Shown: positions 17,073 through 26,352, counted from the first letter of the stretch. The stretch is 64,000 bases of DNA from an uncultured Gammaproteobacteria bacterium (GCA_964531275.1 CAZHDZ010000002.1:122180-186179), one strand, 5' to 3'. A program made the numbers and translations. Notes: generated by a model not told the origin, from the letters alone.

Positions 17073-17117
17073 GTAATTAATTCTATCACCCTTTTTTGGC
17101 ATGATATTATTAAATTT

Positions 17118-17687
17118 GTGGGAATAATAACTTATTTTGATGTATTAGCCGTACTTCTCTTTGTCTTGATCTGGATTGGGATTGTAACTTTCCTTAGAAT
17201 TAAAAAACAAAAAAGTTTTATCTATTTATTATTTTTCACTATTTTCTACTTATATCTTTTTAAGGTGCTTGATTACACGTTATTTCAATTTCAATCTTTA
17301 TTAATTCTAAAATATTTAATGCCAAATCTTATACTTAGAGGTCAAGAAGCAGGTGAAAGTATCAACGTAATTCCTCTTATTACCCTTACAGGCGAAGATG
17401 TAAGAACATCTTTTCTGAACATAGTGATGTTAGTACCTTTTGGCTTCGGATTGCCCTTTATTACCAAGTTCCGTATGAAGAATGTAATTGTTGTAGGATT
17501 GGCTTTTAGTATTGTTATTGAGCTGCTACAACTATTAACAGGTAGTATTGCTGGGATTACGTTCAGGATTTTTGATATTAATGATGTATTTTTTAATACT
17601 CTTGGCGTTATCTTAGGCTACACTCTATTTATGTGGTCAAAACAAATTTTTCATCGCATATTTCCTAGGCTTGCTCTGGAGTATTAA
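17118..17687 (+). CDS. VanZ-like family membrane protein
   Basis: The C-terminal part of ORF 16827..17687 (LITLTGEDVRTSFLNIVMLVPFGFGLPF...LLQLLTGSIAGITFRIFDINDVFFNTLGVILGY) is VanZ-like. The true start must lie after the convergent/overlapping DHFR-like gene; the GTG at 17118 is plausible. Confidence 0.5.
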   Translation: MGIITYFDVLAVLLFVLIWIGIVTFLRIKKQKSFIYLLFFTIFYLYLFKVLDYTLFQFQSLLILKYLMPNLILRGQEAGESINVIPLITLTGEDVRTSFLNIVMLVPFGFGLPFITKFRMKNVIVVGLAFSIVIELLQLLTGSIAGITFRIFDINDVFFNTLGVILGYTLFMWSKQIFHRIFPRLALEY

Positions 17688-17855
17688 GCACCTCGCTTTT
17701 GTGGTTGATGCTATTGATGAAGTGGTAGCTTCCGTAAAAGAAAAGTGATGGGAAGTTTTTGTAGGCGTTTATGATTACGAAATGTCTACAAGTTATACTG
17801 CTCCAAGGGACCTGCCGGAATTGTCATTGAGCTTGCAGAGAAGATGAGGTAAATC

Positions 17856-18629
17856 TCATTTGGCTTCTACTTTACCTATCCATTTTCTAAATATTTGCTC
17901 TATTTCATCCAGCTGTGATTTTTCTTTAAAAGTGTGTGGTGCTTTTTTGATTATGTGAATTTCCTTATTTCCTGGTAGTTTGTCATAAAGTATTCGTTGG
18001 TGCGATGGAGGTGTACTTTCATCTTGATCTCCAACAATAAGGAGTACGGGCATTGTAAGACACGATGCTTCTGGCAAAACATCGTGTTTGAGTCTATCAA
18101 CCATGTGAGACCAGGGAAGTCTTTTGACCCCACCAGGTGCTCTATCACTTTTTTCTTCTTCCCATCCACTTTGCTCCCATTGTTTCATTTCATCTACCCC
18201 TCTTGATTCGGCACTTAATTTTCCGGAAACTACAGAAGAAATAGGAGCAAGACCTTTAACTTCTTTAGAGTGTTTTTCGGCATAAACAATAGTTGAGATA
18301 CCACCCAGGCTATGACCGACTAAATAGAAAGGTTCTTGATACCAGGATTGGGACTTTGACCATGTTATTACATCTTCTAAGTCTTCGTAGTAATTAGTCG
18401 TTGTTGCATCCTCATATCTTCCATCGCTTTCCCCAAATGTGTTAGTGGTATCGAATCTAACGACAACGAAGTCTTTGTCTTTAAATGCTTGTGCAAATGT
18501 AGCTATGTGTTCTTGCTCTTTGGAGCCGCTTAATCCATGCATAACGAAAGCTAAACCTTTCTGATTTTTTTCTTCATCAACAAGGACTACAACGTTTTGA
18601 CCTTTTCTATTTTGGATTTTCGTCTTCAC
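17856..18629 (-). CDS. alpha/beta hydrolase fold protein
   Basis: GHSLGG nucleophile elbow (GxSxG), with HG-containing N-terminal and Asp/His downstream positions. Confidence 0.65.
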   Translation of the reverse strand: MKTKIQNRKGQNVVVLVDEEKNQKGLAFVMHGLSGSKEQEHIATFAQAFKDKDFVVVRFDTTNTFGESDGRYEDATTTNYYEDLEDVITWSKSQSWYQEPFYLVGHSLGGISTIVYAEKHSKEVKGLAPISSVVSGKLSAESRGVDEMKQWEQSGWEEEKSDRAPGGVKRLPWSHMVDRLKHDVLPEASCLTMPVLLIVGDQDESTPPSHQRILYDKLPGNKEIHIIKKAPHTFKEKSQLDEIEQIFRKWIGKVEAK

Positions 18630-18695
18630 AAAAGGAGTATATCAAAGAAAAGAGAGGTTGAGGCAAGTTTGATTCTTATGGAATTAAGAACTTTG

Positions 18696-18766
18696 CTGGG
18701 ACGCTTGGATTCGAACCAAAATACACAGCTCCAAAGGCTGCGGTCCTACCATTAGACGACATCCCA
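18696..18766 (-). tRNA. tRNA-Gln (anticodon UUG), CCA not encoded
   Basis: The reverse complement folds as acceptor TGGGATG/CGTCCCA (U1:A72, characteristic of bacterial tRNA-Gln), D-arm GTC-TAATGGTAG-GAC, anticodon stem GCAGC/GCTGT with loop CTTTGGA (TTG), T-arm TTTGG-TTCGAAT-CCAAG, and discriminator G. Confidence 0.8.
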
Positions 18767-18860
18767 ACAAAGTTCTCAAACACTGACAACAAAATTCTCA
18801 AATTGTTGTCGTAGACAATTATACCAAACTAACCTTCACCTTCAACAAACTGCTATTATT

Positions 18861-19355
18861 TTGATTTTCGCAAGGTTTGAGAGTAATATGGGTAAAATGC
18901 TAGAAGATTTACAAAAATTTCTTGTTAAAGCAAAAACAAAAGGTTATGCTTCGTCGGGAGAATCTGGTGCCGTTGTTGAAAATGACATGTCAAAATCCAC
19001 ACGCTTTTTCGAAGGTAGTTATTCACTTCATGATAATTGGTTTGGCGGTGAGCCTTTCGGTGGCCGTGAGGTCGTTTGGAAAGACGAAAAGCCACATTGG
19101 ATGATGGTTTATTATGGTCATGATACAGGTATCGCAAAAGATTTAATACCATTTCTGATAAAGTGTCTTTCTCAAATACCAGAGGACATGCCCTTAAGAG
19201 GGCCAAGAGAGTTCTCCGAAGATGACTTTAGATATTTTAATACTTGGCATGGGACTTTAGAGGCCTTTAATGGAGAAGAGAAAATATTCTACAAAGGCGA
19301 GGAGGCCTATTCAGCGCGTTACGCTGGTGGTCTTGTTGACCAAAGAAAAGACTAA
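18861..19355 (+). CDS. conserved hypothetical protein (DUF5680-like)
   Basis: ...KGYASSGESGAVVENDMSKSTRFFEGSYSLHDNWFGGEPFGGREVVWKDEKPHWMMVYYGH. Alternative starts at 18888/18897 (MGKMLEDL). Confidence 0.45.
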   Translation: MIFARFESNMGKMLEDLQKFLVKAKTKGYASSGESGAVVENDMSKSTRFFEGSYSLHDNWFGGEPFGGREVVWKDEKPHWMMVYYGHDTGIAKDLIPFLIKCLSQIPEDMPLRGPREFSEDDFRYFNTWHGTLEAFNGEEKIFYKGEEAYSARYAGGLVDQRKD

Positions 19356-19407
19356 TTCTTACACTCCTTTTACTACTCGTTTACATTCTTCTGATACCCT
19401 TCATTCT

Positions 19408-19797
19408 GTGAATAAAAAGTTTTCAAAAATTGCATCAGTAATATCCGATATTATCGGTAGCCCATCCGCTTTTCTAGTAGCTGGATGTGCAATAACCGTA
19501 TGGCTCTTCTCGGGTCCTTTTCTGCAATTTTCCGACACCTGGCAACTTATCGTTAACACCTCAACTACCATCATTACCTTCCTTACTGTCTTTTTAATCC
19601 AACACACACAGAATAAGAATGACCGAGCAACTCAATTGAAATTAGATGAGATCTTGCATTCAATTACTAATGCACGTAATGATTTTATCGACTTGGAAGA
19701 AGTATCGGAGGAAAGATTAAAAAAACTGAGGCAGGAATACAAAAATATTAAGAAAAAAGAGCCTAAGTATAGCAAAAAACTAAAATCGAGGATATAA
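19408..19797 (+). CDS. small low-affinity iron permease family (Fet4-like) membrane protein
   Basis: GSPSAFLVAGCAITVWLFSGPFLQFSDTWQLIVNTSTTIITFLTVFLIQHTQNKNDRATQLKLDEIL matches the conserved core of bacterial proteins I recall as annotated low-affinity iron permease family. No ATG precedes the conserved region, so the in-frame GTG at 19408 is proposed. Confidence 0.5.
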   Translation: MNKKFSKIASVISDIIGSPSAFLVAGCAITVWLFSGPFLQFSDTWQLIVNTSTTIITFLTVFLIQHTQNKNDRATQLKLDEILHSITNARNDFIDLEEVSEERLKKLRQEYKNIKKKEPKYSKKLKSRI

Positions 19798-19809
19798 AAA
19801 GTGCTCCGC

Positions 19810-19839
19810 TTGACATATTATAGGACTAATATATATAAT
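19810..19839 (+). promoter_or_regulatory. sigma70-like promoter (TTGACA, 18 nt spacer, TATAAT) for the monooxygenase gene
   Basis: ttgaca at 19810-19815 and tataat at 19834-19839, about 20 nt upstream of the ATG at 19859, implying a short, SD-poor leader. Confidence 0.5.
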
Positions 19840-19858
19840 ACGCACTTGGCTTCAAAAT

Positions 19859-21202
19859 ATGGAACAAAAACACGTTGTTATTGCTGGTGCAGGAATTACT
19901 GGTTCTTATTTGGCAATAAGGCTATCTGAGAAGGGATATAAGGTGACTTTACTCGAGAAGCTTTCAAAGAAAGAAATACTCTCATCCGCATCCAAAAGAT
20001 CTTACAATTTAACCCTTTACGGTTATGCTCTTGATTTGCTTAAAAAAGCAGGCATTTGGAATGAAATCAAAACTCAAGTAATTCCACTTAAGGGCTCTGT
20101 CACTCAGTTGCCCTATTCACAAAAAACAATTACTTCAACAAATGATTCAAAAAAAGCACCTTATTATGCAATTTCGCGCTCTAACCTTCTTCTTATCCTC
20201 TTAGATAAGGCATTGGAGAAGAATAATGTCAAGGTTCTTTTCAGTTCAACACTTATTTCGGCAAATTCCTCTGCTCATACTGTTACATACAGAAATAGTG
20301 TGGGAAGAACTGTGAATGTCTCATGTGATTTTGTTGCGGGTTGTGATGGCGTAAATTCAAAGCTTAGAGAGTTCGTATTGAAAAATACAAAAGGTTCTCT
20401 TTCTAAAGAGTACTCGAGTTGGGTTTACCAACAGATTATTTTTACAAAAGATAAGGCTACCAAACTAAAGTTGCTTCCAAATTATGCATATACATGGAGC
20501 AGTAAGAATACAGTCATTGCTTCATTTCCTAATAAGGATGAATCGGTTACGGCTCTTCTCATTTATCCGTCAGAGAAAAGACCTACTTTTAGAGTATTTA
20601 AGAAATTATTTCCTTCTCTTTCTTCAATTGAGCTTGAGTTCGAACAGGCAGAAGACTCTACTGAGGGTAGATTTGTAACTCTCCACTCAACAAGTTGGTC
20701 CTTTAAAGAATTTATGGTTATTCTTGGTGATGCTGCACATGGATTCAATCCCTTTTTTGGGCAAGGAATATCAGCAGGGATGGGGGATGTACAGTCATTA
20801 CTAGAGGCAATTGACTCTAGTACAAATCTTGAGGTAGCATTTGATCGATTTGTTGAGATCAGAAAACTACAGATGGACGCTTTGGGCGAGTTGTCTAAGG
20901 AGGGATTCGAGAGATATAGAAGAGATAAATTGGCAGATTATGAAGTTATATATGACCGGATTGAGTCTTTGCTACATATGTATTTGCCACAATACATTGC
21001 ACCACCGATTTTTGAGTCTATATCCCAAAATCCTGGGTTTGCGCATACATATTTACAAAAAAGAATTAGTCAAAGGAATTTCTTAAATATGCTTGGCATG
21101 AGCGTGGCAGTGAAAACGATAATATTTCTGTTAGTTCTAAAGGAAAATTTTAGAAGCATAAAGCTTCCAACGCCGTCTCTTCAGTTGGAACGGAATGCAT
21201 AA
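19859..21202 (+). CDS. FAD-dependent monooxygenase / oxidoreductase (class A flavoprotein hydroxylase or geranylgeranyl-reductase-like)
   Basis: N-terminal VVIAGAGITGSYLAIRL...LLEK dinucleotide-binding motif, plus the GDAAHGFNPFFGQGISAGMGD fingerprint. Confidence 0.7.
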   Translation: MEQKHVVIAGAGITGSYLAIRLSEKGYKVTLLEKLSKKEILSSASKRSYNLTLYGYALDLLKKAGIWNEIKTQVIPLKGSVTQLPYSQKTITSTNDSKKAPYYAISRSNLLLILLDKALEKNNVKVLFSSTLISANSSAHTVTYRNSVGRTVNVSCDFVAGCDGVNSKLREFVLKNTKGSLSKEYSSWVYQQIIFTKDKATKLKLLPNYAYTWSSKNTVIASFPNKDESVTALLIYPSEKRPTFRVFKKLFPSLSSIELEFEQAEDSTEGRFVTLHSTSWSFKEFMVILGDAAHGFNPFFGQGISAGMGDVQSLLEAIDSSTNLEVAFDRFVEIRKLQMDALGELSKEGFERYRRDKLADYEVIYDRIESLLHMYLPQYIAPPIFESISQNPGFAHTYLQKRISQRNFLNMLGMSVAVKTIIFLLVLKENFRSIKLPTPSLQLERNA

Positions 21203-21212
21203 AAATGGCTAG

Positions 21213-22955
21213 TTGTGTCATAAGCAATTTGATGAGACGATACTTCATGTAATGAGCCAAGAGCCAGCTGAAGAATTCACTTTTCGAAATCTTTTTATTC
21301 CACTCACAACAACAAAAATTATTGCCTTTATTTCAATAATTGCTGTCCTAGTCTACTCTCCGGTCTTTCTGAATGGCTTTATTGCAGACGACTATTATTT
21401 GGTTGTTAATAATCCCCTCATACAGAGATTCTCCAACTTTACACATTTCTTTACAAATAGCTTTGGACTCATTGGAGGTTCGCCAACTGGAATTTATTAT
21501 CGCCCAATTATGTCTCTCCATTTTGCAATCGTCTATCATTTTTTTGGGGCCAATCCATTCTTCTTTCATTCTTTTCAGTTAGTTCTTCATGTAATAAATA
21601 GTCTTCTTTTATTCAGCTTTTTTAGAAGTTTTTTTACCCGCTCAATTGCTTTTGTGATGGTGTTAATTTTTGTGATTCATCCACTTAATGTAGAAACTGT
21701 TGCTTATATTTCTGCGTCACAGGATATTTTTTTTGTTACTTTTGGTTTGTTAGCGCTTAACGTTTCTACTCTCAAATTTAAATACCGTTTCATAATTGTT
21801 CCTGCTCTCCTTTTACTCAGTGTCCTTTCCAAGGAAACCGGAGTACTTTTTACCCTGTTCTTGCTGGGTCTGGCTTTTATGAAAGAAAGGAATTCTTTAA
21901 AGAAATATTCACTTGGGCTTGCTGTTGTGGGGGCAATTTATGTTGTTCTTCGCTTCTTGATCGCAAAAATTGGTTTTGCACATACTCCTCCGACTGCCAT
22001 TGGAGATTTAAGTTTAGTTGCTCGAGTAGAAAATATTCCTAAAATTTTTTTCTACTACATCTCGAACTTTGTTTGGCCTCAAAATTTAGTAATGCCTCAA
22101 GGGTGGGTAATAACGGAAAGGACTATCTCAAATTTCCATTTCCCCCTTGTAGTTGATAGCTTGTTGATTGCATTCATTCTTTACATGCTTATATTGCTCA
22201 GAAAGTCAAAAATGTTCAGATTGTATATCTTATTTTTGGCAATGTTCATCTTTGGCATGTTCTTTCATATGCAATTATTTCCTCTTGATATGACAGCGTC
22301 AGATCGTTGGTTTTATTTTCCCTTCATCGGAATTCTAGGAATGATTGGGGTTATGCTTAATAGTTTAAATACATTTTGGAGAAAAATTTGTATTATCTTA
22401 ATCCTAATTATTTCCTTAGCTTTGAGTGTTTCAACTTTTAAACGTGCTAGCTTGTGGAGAGATGGCTTAACTCTTTGGTCTCATGACATAAAGATTTCAA
22501 AGAACAATCCCGAAATTGAAAATGCTTATGGCTTTGCATTAATTGAGAATAAACAGTATCGTCAAGGTCAAATACATCTAGAGAGGGCTGTAAGGTTGTA
22601 TCCAAACGCGTCTTCGTGGACTAATTTGGGTGTTGCTCTGAGTATGCAAGGTGAGACCGATAGGGCTATTAGCTCGTTTAAGAAAGGCGTTGAGTACGGC
22701 AATTATTATTTAGCTTATGAGAACTTGGCGATTCAACTAGGAAAATCGAAAAGTCCTGAAGCACTCGCTTTTGCCGAAAAAGCTCTTGAGAAGTATCCGT
22801 TCAGCTCTAGGTTATGGCTTGTAAAATCTGTTTTGGAAAGTGAAGCCGGCAATAGTAGGGAGGCTTTTAGAGCAATCGAAAAGTCAGTTCGTTTCGGACG
22901 TAATCCACAAAACATAGAAATTTATAATCTATTGAAGCGCACTTACAATTACTAG
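21213..22955 (+). CDS. TMTC-like membrane protein: N-terminal GT-C-type (DUF1736-like) multi-TM domain fused to C-terminal TPR repeats
   Basis: About 11 TM helices with an early FIADDYYLV loop, followed by a soluble C-terminus with TPR-like repeats (NAYGFALIENKQYRQGQIHLERAVRLYPNASSWTNLGVAL...). Confidence 0.55.
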   Translation: MCHKQFDETILHVMSQEPAEEFTFRNLFIPLTTTKIIAFISIIAVLVYSPVFLNGFIADDYYLVVNNPLIQRFSNFTHFFTNSFGLIGGSPTGIYYRPIMSLHFAIVYHFFGANPFFFHSFQLVLHVINSLLLFSFFRSFFTRSIAFVMVLIFVIHPLNVETVAYISASQDIFFVTFGLLALNVSTLKFKYRFIIVPALLLLSVLSKETGVLFTLFLLGLAFMKERNSLKKYSLGLAVVGAIYVVLRFLIAKIGFAHTPPTAIGDLSLVARVENIPKIFFYYISNFVWPQNLVMPQGWVITERTISNFHFPLVVDSLLIAFILYMLILLRKSKMFRLYILFLAMFIFGMFFHMQLFPLDMTASDRWFYFPFIGILGMIGVMLNSLNTFWRKICIILILIISLALSVSTFKRASLWRDGLTLWSHDIKISKNNPEIENAYGFALIENKQYRQGQIHLERAVRLYPNASSWTNLGVALSMQGETDRAISSFKKGVEYGNYYLAYENLAIQLGKSKSPEALAFAEKALEKYPFSSRLWLVKSVLESEAGNSREAFRAIEKSVRFGRNPQNIEIYNLLKRTYNY

Positions 22956-23335
22956 TCATTTAAAACCTCAGGCAATTCTGCCTCGATTGGATAAAAGCGT
23001 ATTGAAAGCGAATTAACGCAGTGCCTGGTATCTTTTTCGGTAAGTTCTTCTCCTTCAAAAACATGTCCTAAATGGCCTTCACAATTAGCACATCTAATTT
23101 CTGTTCTTTGGCCGTCTTCATCCTCTACTCTTTTTACTGCGTCAGGGAAGTTCTCATCAAAAGCTGGCCAACCACACCCAGCATCAAATTTACTCTTTGA
23201 GGAAAAGAGTGGTGCGTTACATCTTCGACACACAAATGTCCCATCCTTGAAAAAGTCATCATATTCTCCTGTGAACGGCCGTTCTGTTCCTTTAAATTCT
23301 ATGACGTCTTGTTCTTCATTTGAAAGCGTGTTCAT
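22952..23335 (-). CDS. msrB: peptide-methionine (R)-S-oxide reductase MsrB
   Basis: CRRCNAPLF...GCGWPAF...RTEIRCANCEGHLGHVF: two CxxC pairs and the GWP and HLGHVF motifs of SelR/MsrB. Confidence 0.85.
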   Translation of the reverse strand: MNTLSNEEQDVIEFKGTERPFTGEYDDFFKDGTFVCRRCNAPLFSSKSKFDAGCGWPAFDENFPDAVKRVEDEDGQRTEIRCANCEGHLGHVFEGEELTEKDTRHCVNSLSIRFYPIEAELPEVLND

Positions 23336-23371
23336 GTACTCATTGTACAGTTTTGGGCGCTTAAATTATAG

Positions 23372-23653
23372 TTACAGAGTCTTTGCGATTTTATCAGTTT
23401 CGTCTTTAGCTCTGTATACAGTTTTCTCGCCATCCTCAATTGCTTCATCAACCTTCTTGTGGACTGCTTCTACGTCTTTCTTTTTTGAGTCCATCATATC
23501 CATTGCATGTTCTCGTGCATCATGGAGGGTACTTAGGACCTTTTCTCTAGTTTTTTTATCGGACAGAGCTACAGTTGCTGCAGTTACTCCTGCTCCTATT
23601 ACGGCTCCGGCGATACCTGCTGCAACAGTTATATTATTATTTGGTTTATTCAA
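23372..23653 (-). CDS. YtxH-like small protein (glycine-zipper N-terminus, charged helical C-terminus)
   Basis: AAGIAGAVIGAGVTAATVALSDKKTREK... resembles the YtxH/DUF948 arrangement. Confidence 0.45.
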   Translation of the reverse strand: MNKPNNNITVAAGIAGAVIGAGVTAATVALSDKKTREKVLSTLHDAREHAMDMMDSKKKDVEAVHKKVDEAIEDGEKTVYRAKDETDKIAKTL

Positions 23654-23754
23654 AATTATTCACCTCCATTCTTTTTACTATGCTACGTTCTTAGTGTAAA
23701 AATTCATGTAAATATATGTAATAGAGGTGTAAGGATGCCTGATATAATAATTAC

Positions 23755-24852
23755 ATGCAGCGAATATTATTGATTCTTAGTTTCTTACTACTGTCCTTCT
23801 TCTTTGCGCCTCAAGTGTTGGCCCAAAGCGATTTTTCTGAAAAGCGATTTGAAGGTACTATTATCGCAATCGCCGAAACAAGCAGAATAATAGAGGCCAA
23901 TGGCAATGCGCATCCATACCAGCGCCTGAAAGTTCTTGGTACTTCGGGCGAATTTAAAGGTAAGACGTATGAAGTAGAAAACGGTTCTTATAACCAGTCC
24001 GGGGTGGTATCCTACTCGGTTGGTGACAAAGTTCTTCTTTCTGCACAAAAAGATGTATCAGGAAGAACAACAATATTTATTAATGATTACGTAAGGCGCG
24101 GCCCTCTCTATCTGCTTGCAGCAATATTTATTGTCCTTGCGATAGTTATTGGTGGAAAACGTGGAATTTTTTCTTTAGTTGGTCTTATCCTTACTTTTGT
24201 CTTGATTTTTACGTTTGTACTTCCTGCAATCTCTTCCGGACAAAATCCAATAGTAATATCAATCATAGCCTCAATTGTAATTGTGCCCGTTACCTTTATT
24301 TTGTCGCATGGGGTTAACAAAAAAACTTTTTGTGCTATTTTCTCAACATTTATAGTTCTTGTTATTACCGCTATTCTCTCCCAGATATTTATTGGCGCAA
24401 CACATCTTTCCGGTTTTTCCTCCGATGAAGTCTCTTTTCTAAATACAATAAAAAAAGGAATGGTGGATGCAAAAGGATTACTCTTTGCAGGTATTTTAAT
24501 AGCCTTATTGGGGATTTTGGATGACATTACAATTGCTCAATCAGCAATCGTATTTCAACTCAAAAAAGCAAATCAAGAGCTAGGATTCCTTGAACTTTTT
24601 AAAAGGGCTATGGACGTAGGACGAGATCATATATCTTCTATGGCAAGTACGTTAATTCTTGTGTATGCAGGTGCGTCCCTACCTCTTCTTTTGCTTTTTA
24701 TAAATAGCCCTCTCCCCTATGAGCAGGTAATAAATTATGAAATTATTGCTGAGGAAATAGTTAGAACTTTAACTGCAAGTATTGGACTTATTTTAGCCGT
24801 ACCTATAACAACACTACTTACTGCCCTTGTTGCTTCGCAAAGAGCTAAATAA
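23755..24852 (+). CDS. YibE/F family membrane protein with signal peptide and N-terminal extracytoplasmic domain
   Basis: Signal peptide MQRILLILSFLLLSFFFAPQVLA, then a roughly 100-aa soluble domain, then the YibE/F-like TM core (LLAGILIALLGILDDITIAQSAIVFQL...). Confidence 0.55.
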   Translation: MQRILLILSFLLLSFFFAPQVLAQSDFSEKRFEGTIIAIAETSRIIEANGNAHPYQRLKVLGTSGEFKGKTYEVENGSYNQSGVVSYSVGDKVLLSAQKDVSGRTTIFINDYVRRGPLYLLAAIFIVLAIVIGGKRGIFSLVGLILTFVLIFTFVLPAISSGQNPIVISIIASIVIVPVTFILSHGVNKKTFCAIFSTFIVLVITAILSQIFIGATHLSGFSSDEVSFLNTIKKGMVDAKGLLFAGILIALLGILDDITIAQSAIVFQLKKANQELGFLELFKRAMDVGRDHISSMASTLILVYAGASLPLLLLFINSPLPYEQVINYEIIAEEIVRTLTASIGLILAVPITTLLTALVASQRAK

Positions 24853-25162
24853 TCTTAATTAGCGAACCCTTTTTAATTTTAAGTTTTTTTATATTCCCTT
24901 GCGGCATTTCCAGAACCCCATTGTATACTGGATTCCACAGATACAGCTTGTTGGGCGTTAGACTTTCCTTACATGCCACCACTTTTCCATCACTATCAAC
25001 AATTGCTACATCAATAGGATATTTCATAAAGAATGTATGTATTCCGAAATGAGTTTTAAAATAAATTGCGACTGGTTTTTTTGAAGTTAGCAGACCTTCG
25101 CTTTTTTCTTTCCAGGAATGTAACTTTTTTGCCTTAATTTTAATCATTCTTACAGCTCCCAT
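24845..25162 (-). CDS. DUF192 domain protein
   Basis: ...HTFFMKYPIDVAIVDSDGKVVA...NGVLEMPQG matches DUF192 (COG1430). The ORF track extends to a TTG at 25183; the ATG at 25162 is more plausible. Confidence 0.5.
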   Translation of the reverse strand: MGAVRMIKIKAKKLHSWKEKSEGLLTSKKPVAIYFKTHFGIHTFFMKYPIDVAIVDSDGKVVACKESLTPNKLYLWNPVYNGVLEMPQGNIKKLKIKKGSLIKII

Positions 25163-25177
25163 GATACGATATAGGAT

Positions 25178-25219
25178 ATGCAATTAGTAGATGACGTTTT
25201 TAGCGAAGCGAACATGTGA
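25178..25219 (+). other. 13-codon uORF (MQLVDDVFSEANM) duplicating the RBS region and first 8 codons of obg, 134 nt upstream
   Basis: ataggatATGcaattagtagatgacgttttt versus the obg start ataggatATGcaattagttgacgatgtattt. The four nucleotide differences in codons 1-8 are all synonymous. Confidence 0.45.
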
Positions 25220-25311
25220 GGGAGCCAAAAACATCCCAACTCACTCTAGCACAGACAAGAATTGTTGCTTTGATTTAATCATAGCTTCAGTCACATGTTA
25301 TAATATAGGAT

Positions 25312-26277
25312 ATGCAATTAGTTGACGATGTATTTATCAATGTAAAAGCTGGTAATGGTGGAAATGGTGCCACTGTTACAAAGCAGATGTATGCATCCAA
25401 AAAAACTATGCCCGACGGTGGTAATGGTGGCAATGGGGGCAATGTTTTCTTTAAGGCTGATGCCAATATCTCGGACCTTTCTCAATTCCAGTTCAAAAAG
25501 AAAATAAGAGGTATTGATGGGGTCTCTGGGTTAAATAAGGATTTAGATGGAGCAAACGGCGAGGATATTACTGTTCTTGTGCCATTTGGGACTAACATTT
25601 TTAATGAAGATACTAAGGAACATGTCGAATTGACCACAGATTTACCCTTTTGTGTTGCTTTTGGAGGAACCGGAGGAATGGGAAATCATGATTTCAAGCC
25701 AGATATAAAGACTTTTTCGCCTCGTCAACATTTAGGCACGATGGGGGATGATTTTAGACTACATTTAGTTCTTAATCTTATTGCTGATATTGGACTCGTT
25801 GGATTTCCAAATGCTGGAAAAAGCTCTCTTTTAAAAGCGTTAACCAATGCAACACCTAAAATTGGCGACTATCCCTTTACAACTCTTGATCCAAATTTGG
25901 GGGTTTTTGAAAAACTAGTTATTGCAGATGTACCCGGACTTATTGAGGGAGCATCAGGCGGTAAAGGACTAGGTATAAAATTTCTAAAGCATATTAAAAA
26001 AACTAAGCTTCTACTCCATTGTGTTGCTGCCACAGAAGACGACCCTTATAAGACATATATGACAATACGAAATGAATTTAAGGAATTTGATTCTTCTTTG
26101 CTTGAAAAGGAGGAAGTAATCCTTCTTACTAAAAGCGATCTTATTAGTGAAGGTGAGGTTGAAGTAAAACTTAAATCCCTTAAGAAAGCAAAAAAACCTG
26201 TTCTTGCGGTTAGTGTTTATGAAGAAGAGGCTCTTGCCGCAGTACGTCACCAACTACTAACTTCTCTTAAACCGTAA
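25312..26277 (+). CDS. obg: GTPase Obg/CgtA (short form without C-terminal extension)
   Basis: N-terminal glycine-rich Obg fold (NVKAGNGGNGATV...DGGNGGNGGNVFF), then the G domain with GFPNAGKSSLL (G1) and DYPFTTLDPNLGV (G2/switch). Confidence 0.85.
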   Translation: MQLVDDVFINVKAGNGGNGATVTKQMYASKKTMPDGGNGGNGGNVFFKADANISDLSQFQFKKKIRGIDGVSGLNKDLDGANGEDITVLVPFGTNIFNEDTKEHVELTTDLPFCVAFGGTGGMGNHDFKPDIKTFSPRQHLGTMGDDFRLHLVLNLIADIGLVGFPNAGKSSLLKALTNATPKIGDYPFTTLDPNLGVFEKLVIADVPGLIEGASGGKGLGIKFLKHIKKTKLLLHCVAATEDDPYKTYMTIRNEFKEFDSSLLEKEEVILLTKSDLISEGEVEVKLKSLKKAKKPVLAVSVYEEEALAAVRHQLLTSLKP

Positions 26278-26352
26278 TTATTAGCTACCAACCACCGATC
26301 ACCATCCACTAATTCAGTTTTCTTTCAGTCCTTTTCTGATAGAATATTCCCG

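Noticed and set aside
16827-17117. 5' part of ORF 16827..17687 (+).
   Set aside because: It overlaps the well-supported DHFR-family gene on the minus strand for about 270 nt. Only the C-terminal VanZ-like portion (from about 17118) is credible.
18630-18860. Looked for an integrase, transposase or island boundary next to tRNA-Gln.
   Set aside because: No recombinase, no direct repeat of the tRNA 3' end, and no compositional shift was found on either side, so there is no evidence for an integrated element here.
23247-23699. Plus-strand 150-aa ORF overlapping msrB and the YtxH-like gene.
   Set aside because: Both minus-strand genes have strong motifs (MsrB CxxC/HLGHVF; glycine zipper); the plus ORF is serine/low-complexity antisense.
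24108-24527. Minus-strand 139-aa ORF inside yibE/F.
   Set aside because: It is antisense to a gene with clear family features (signal peptide plus YibE/F TM core).
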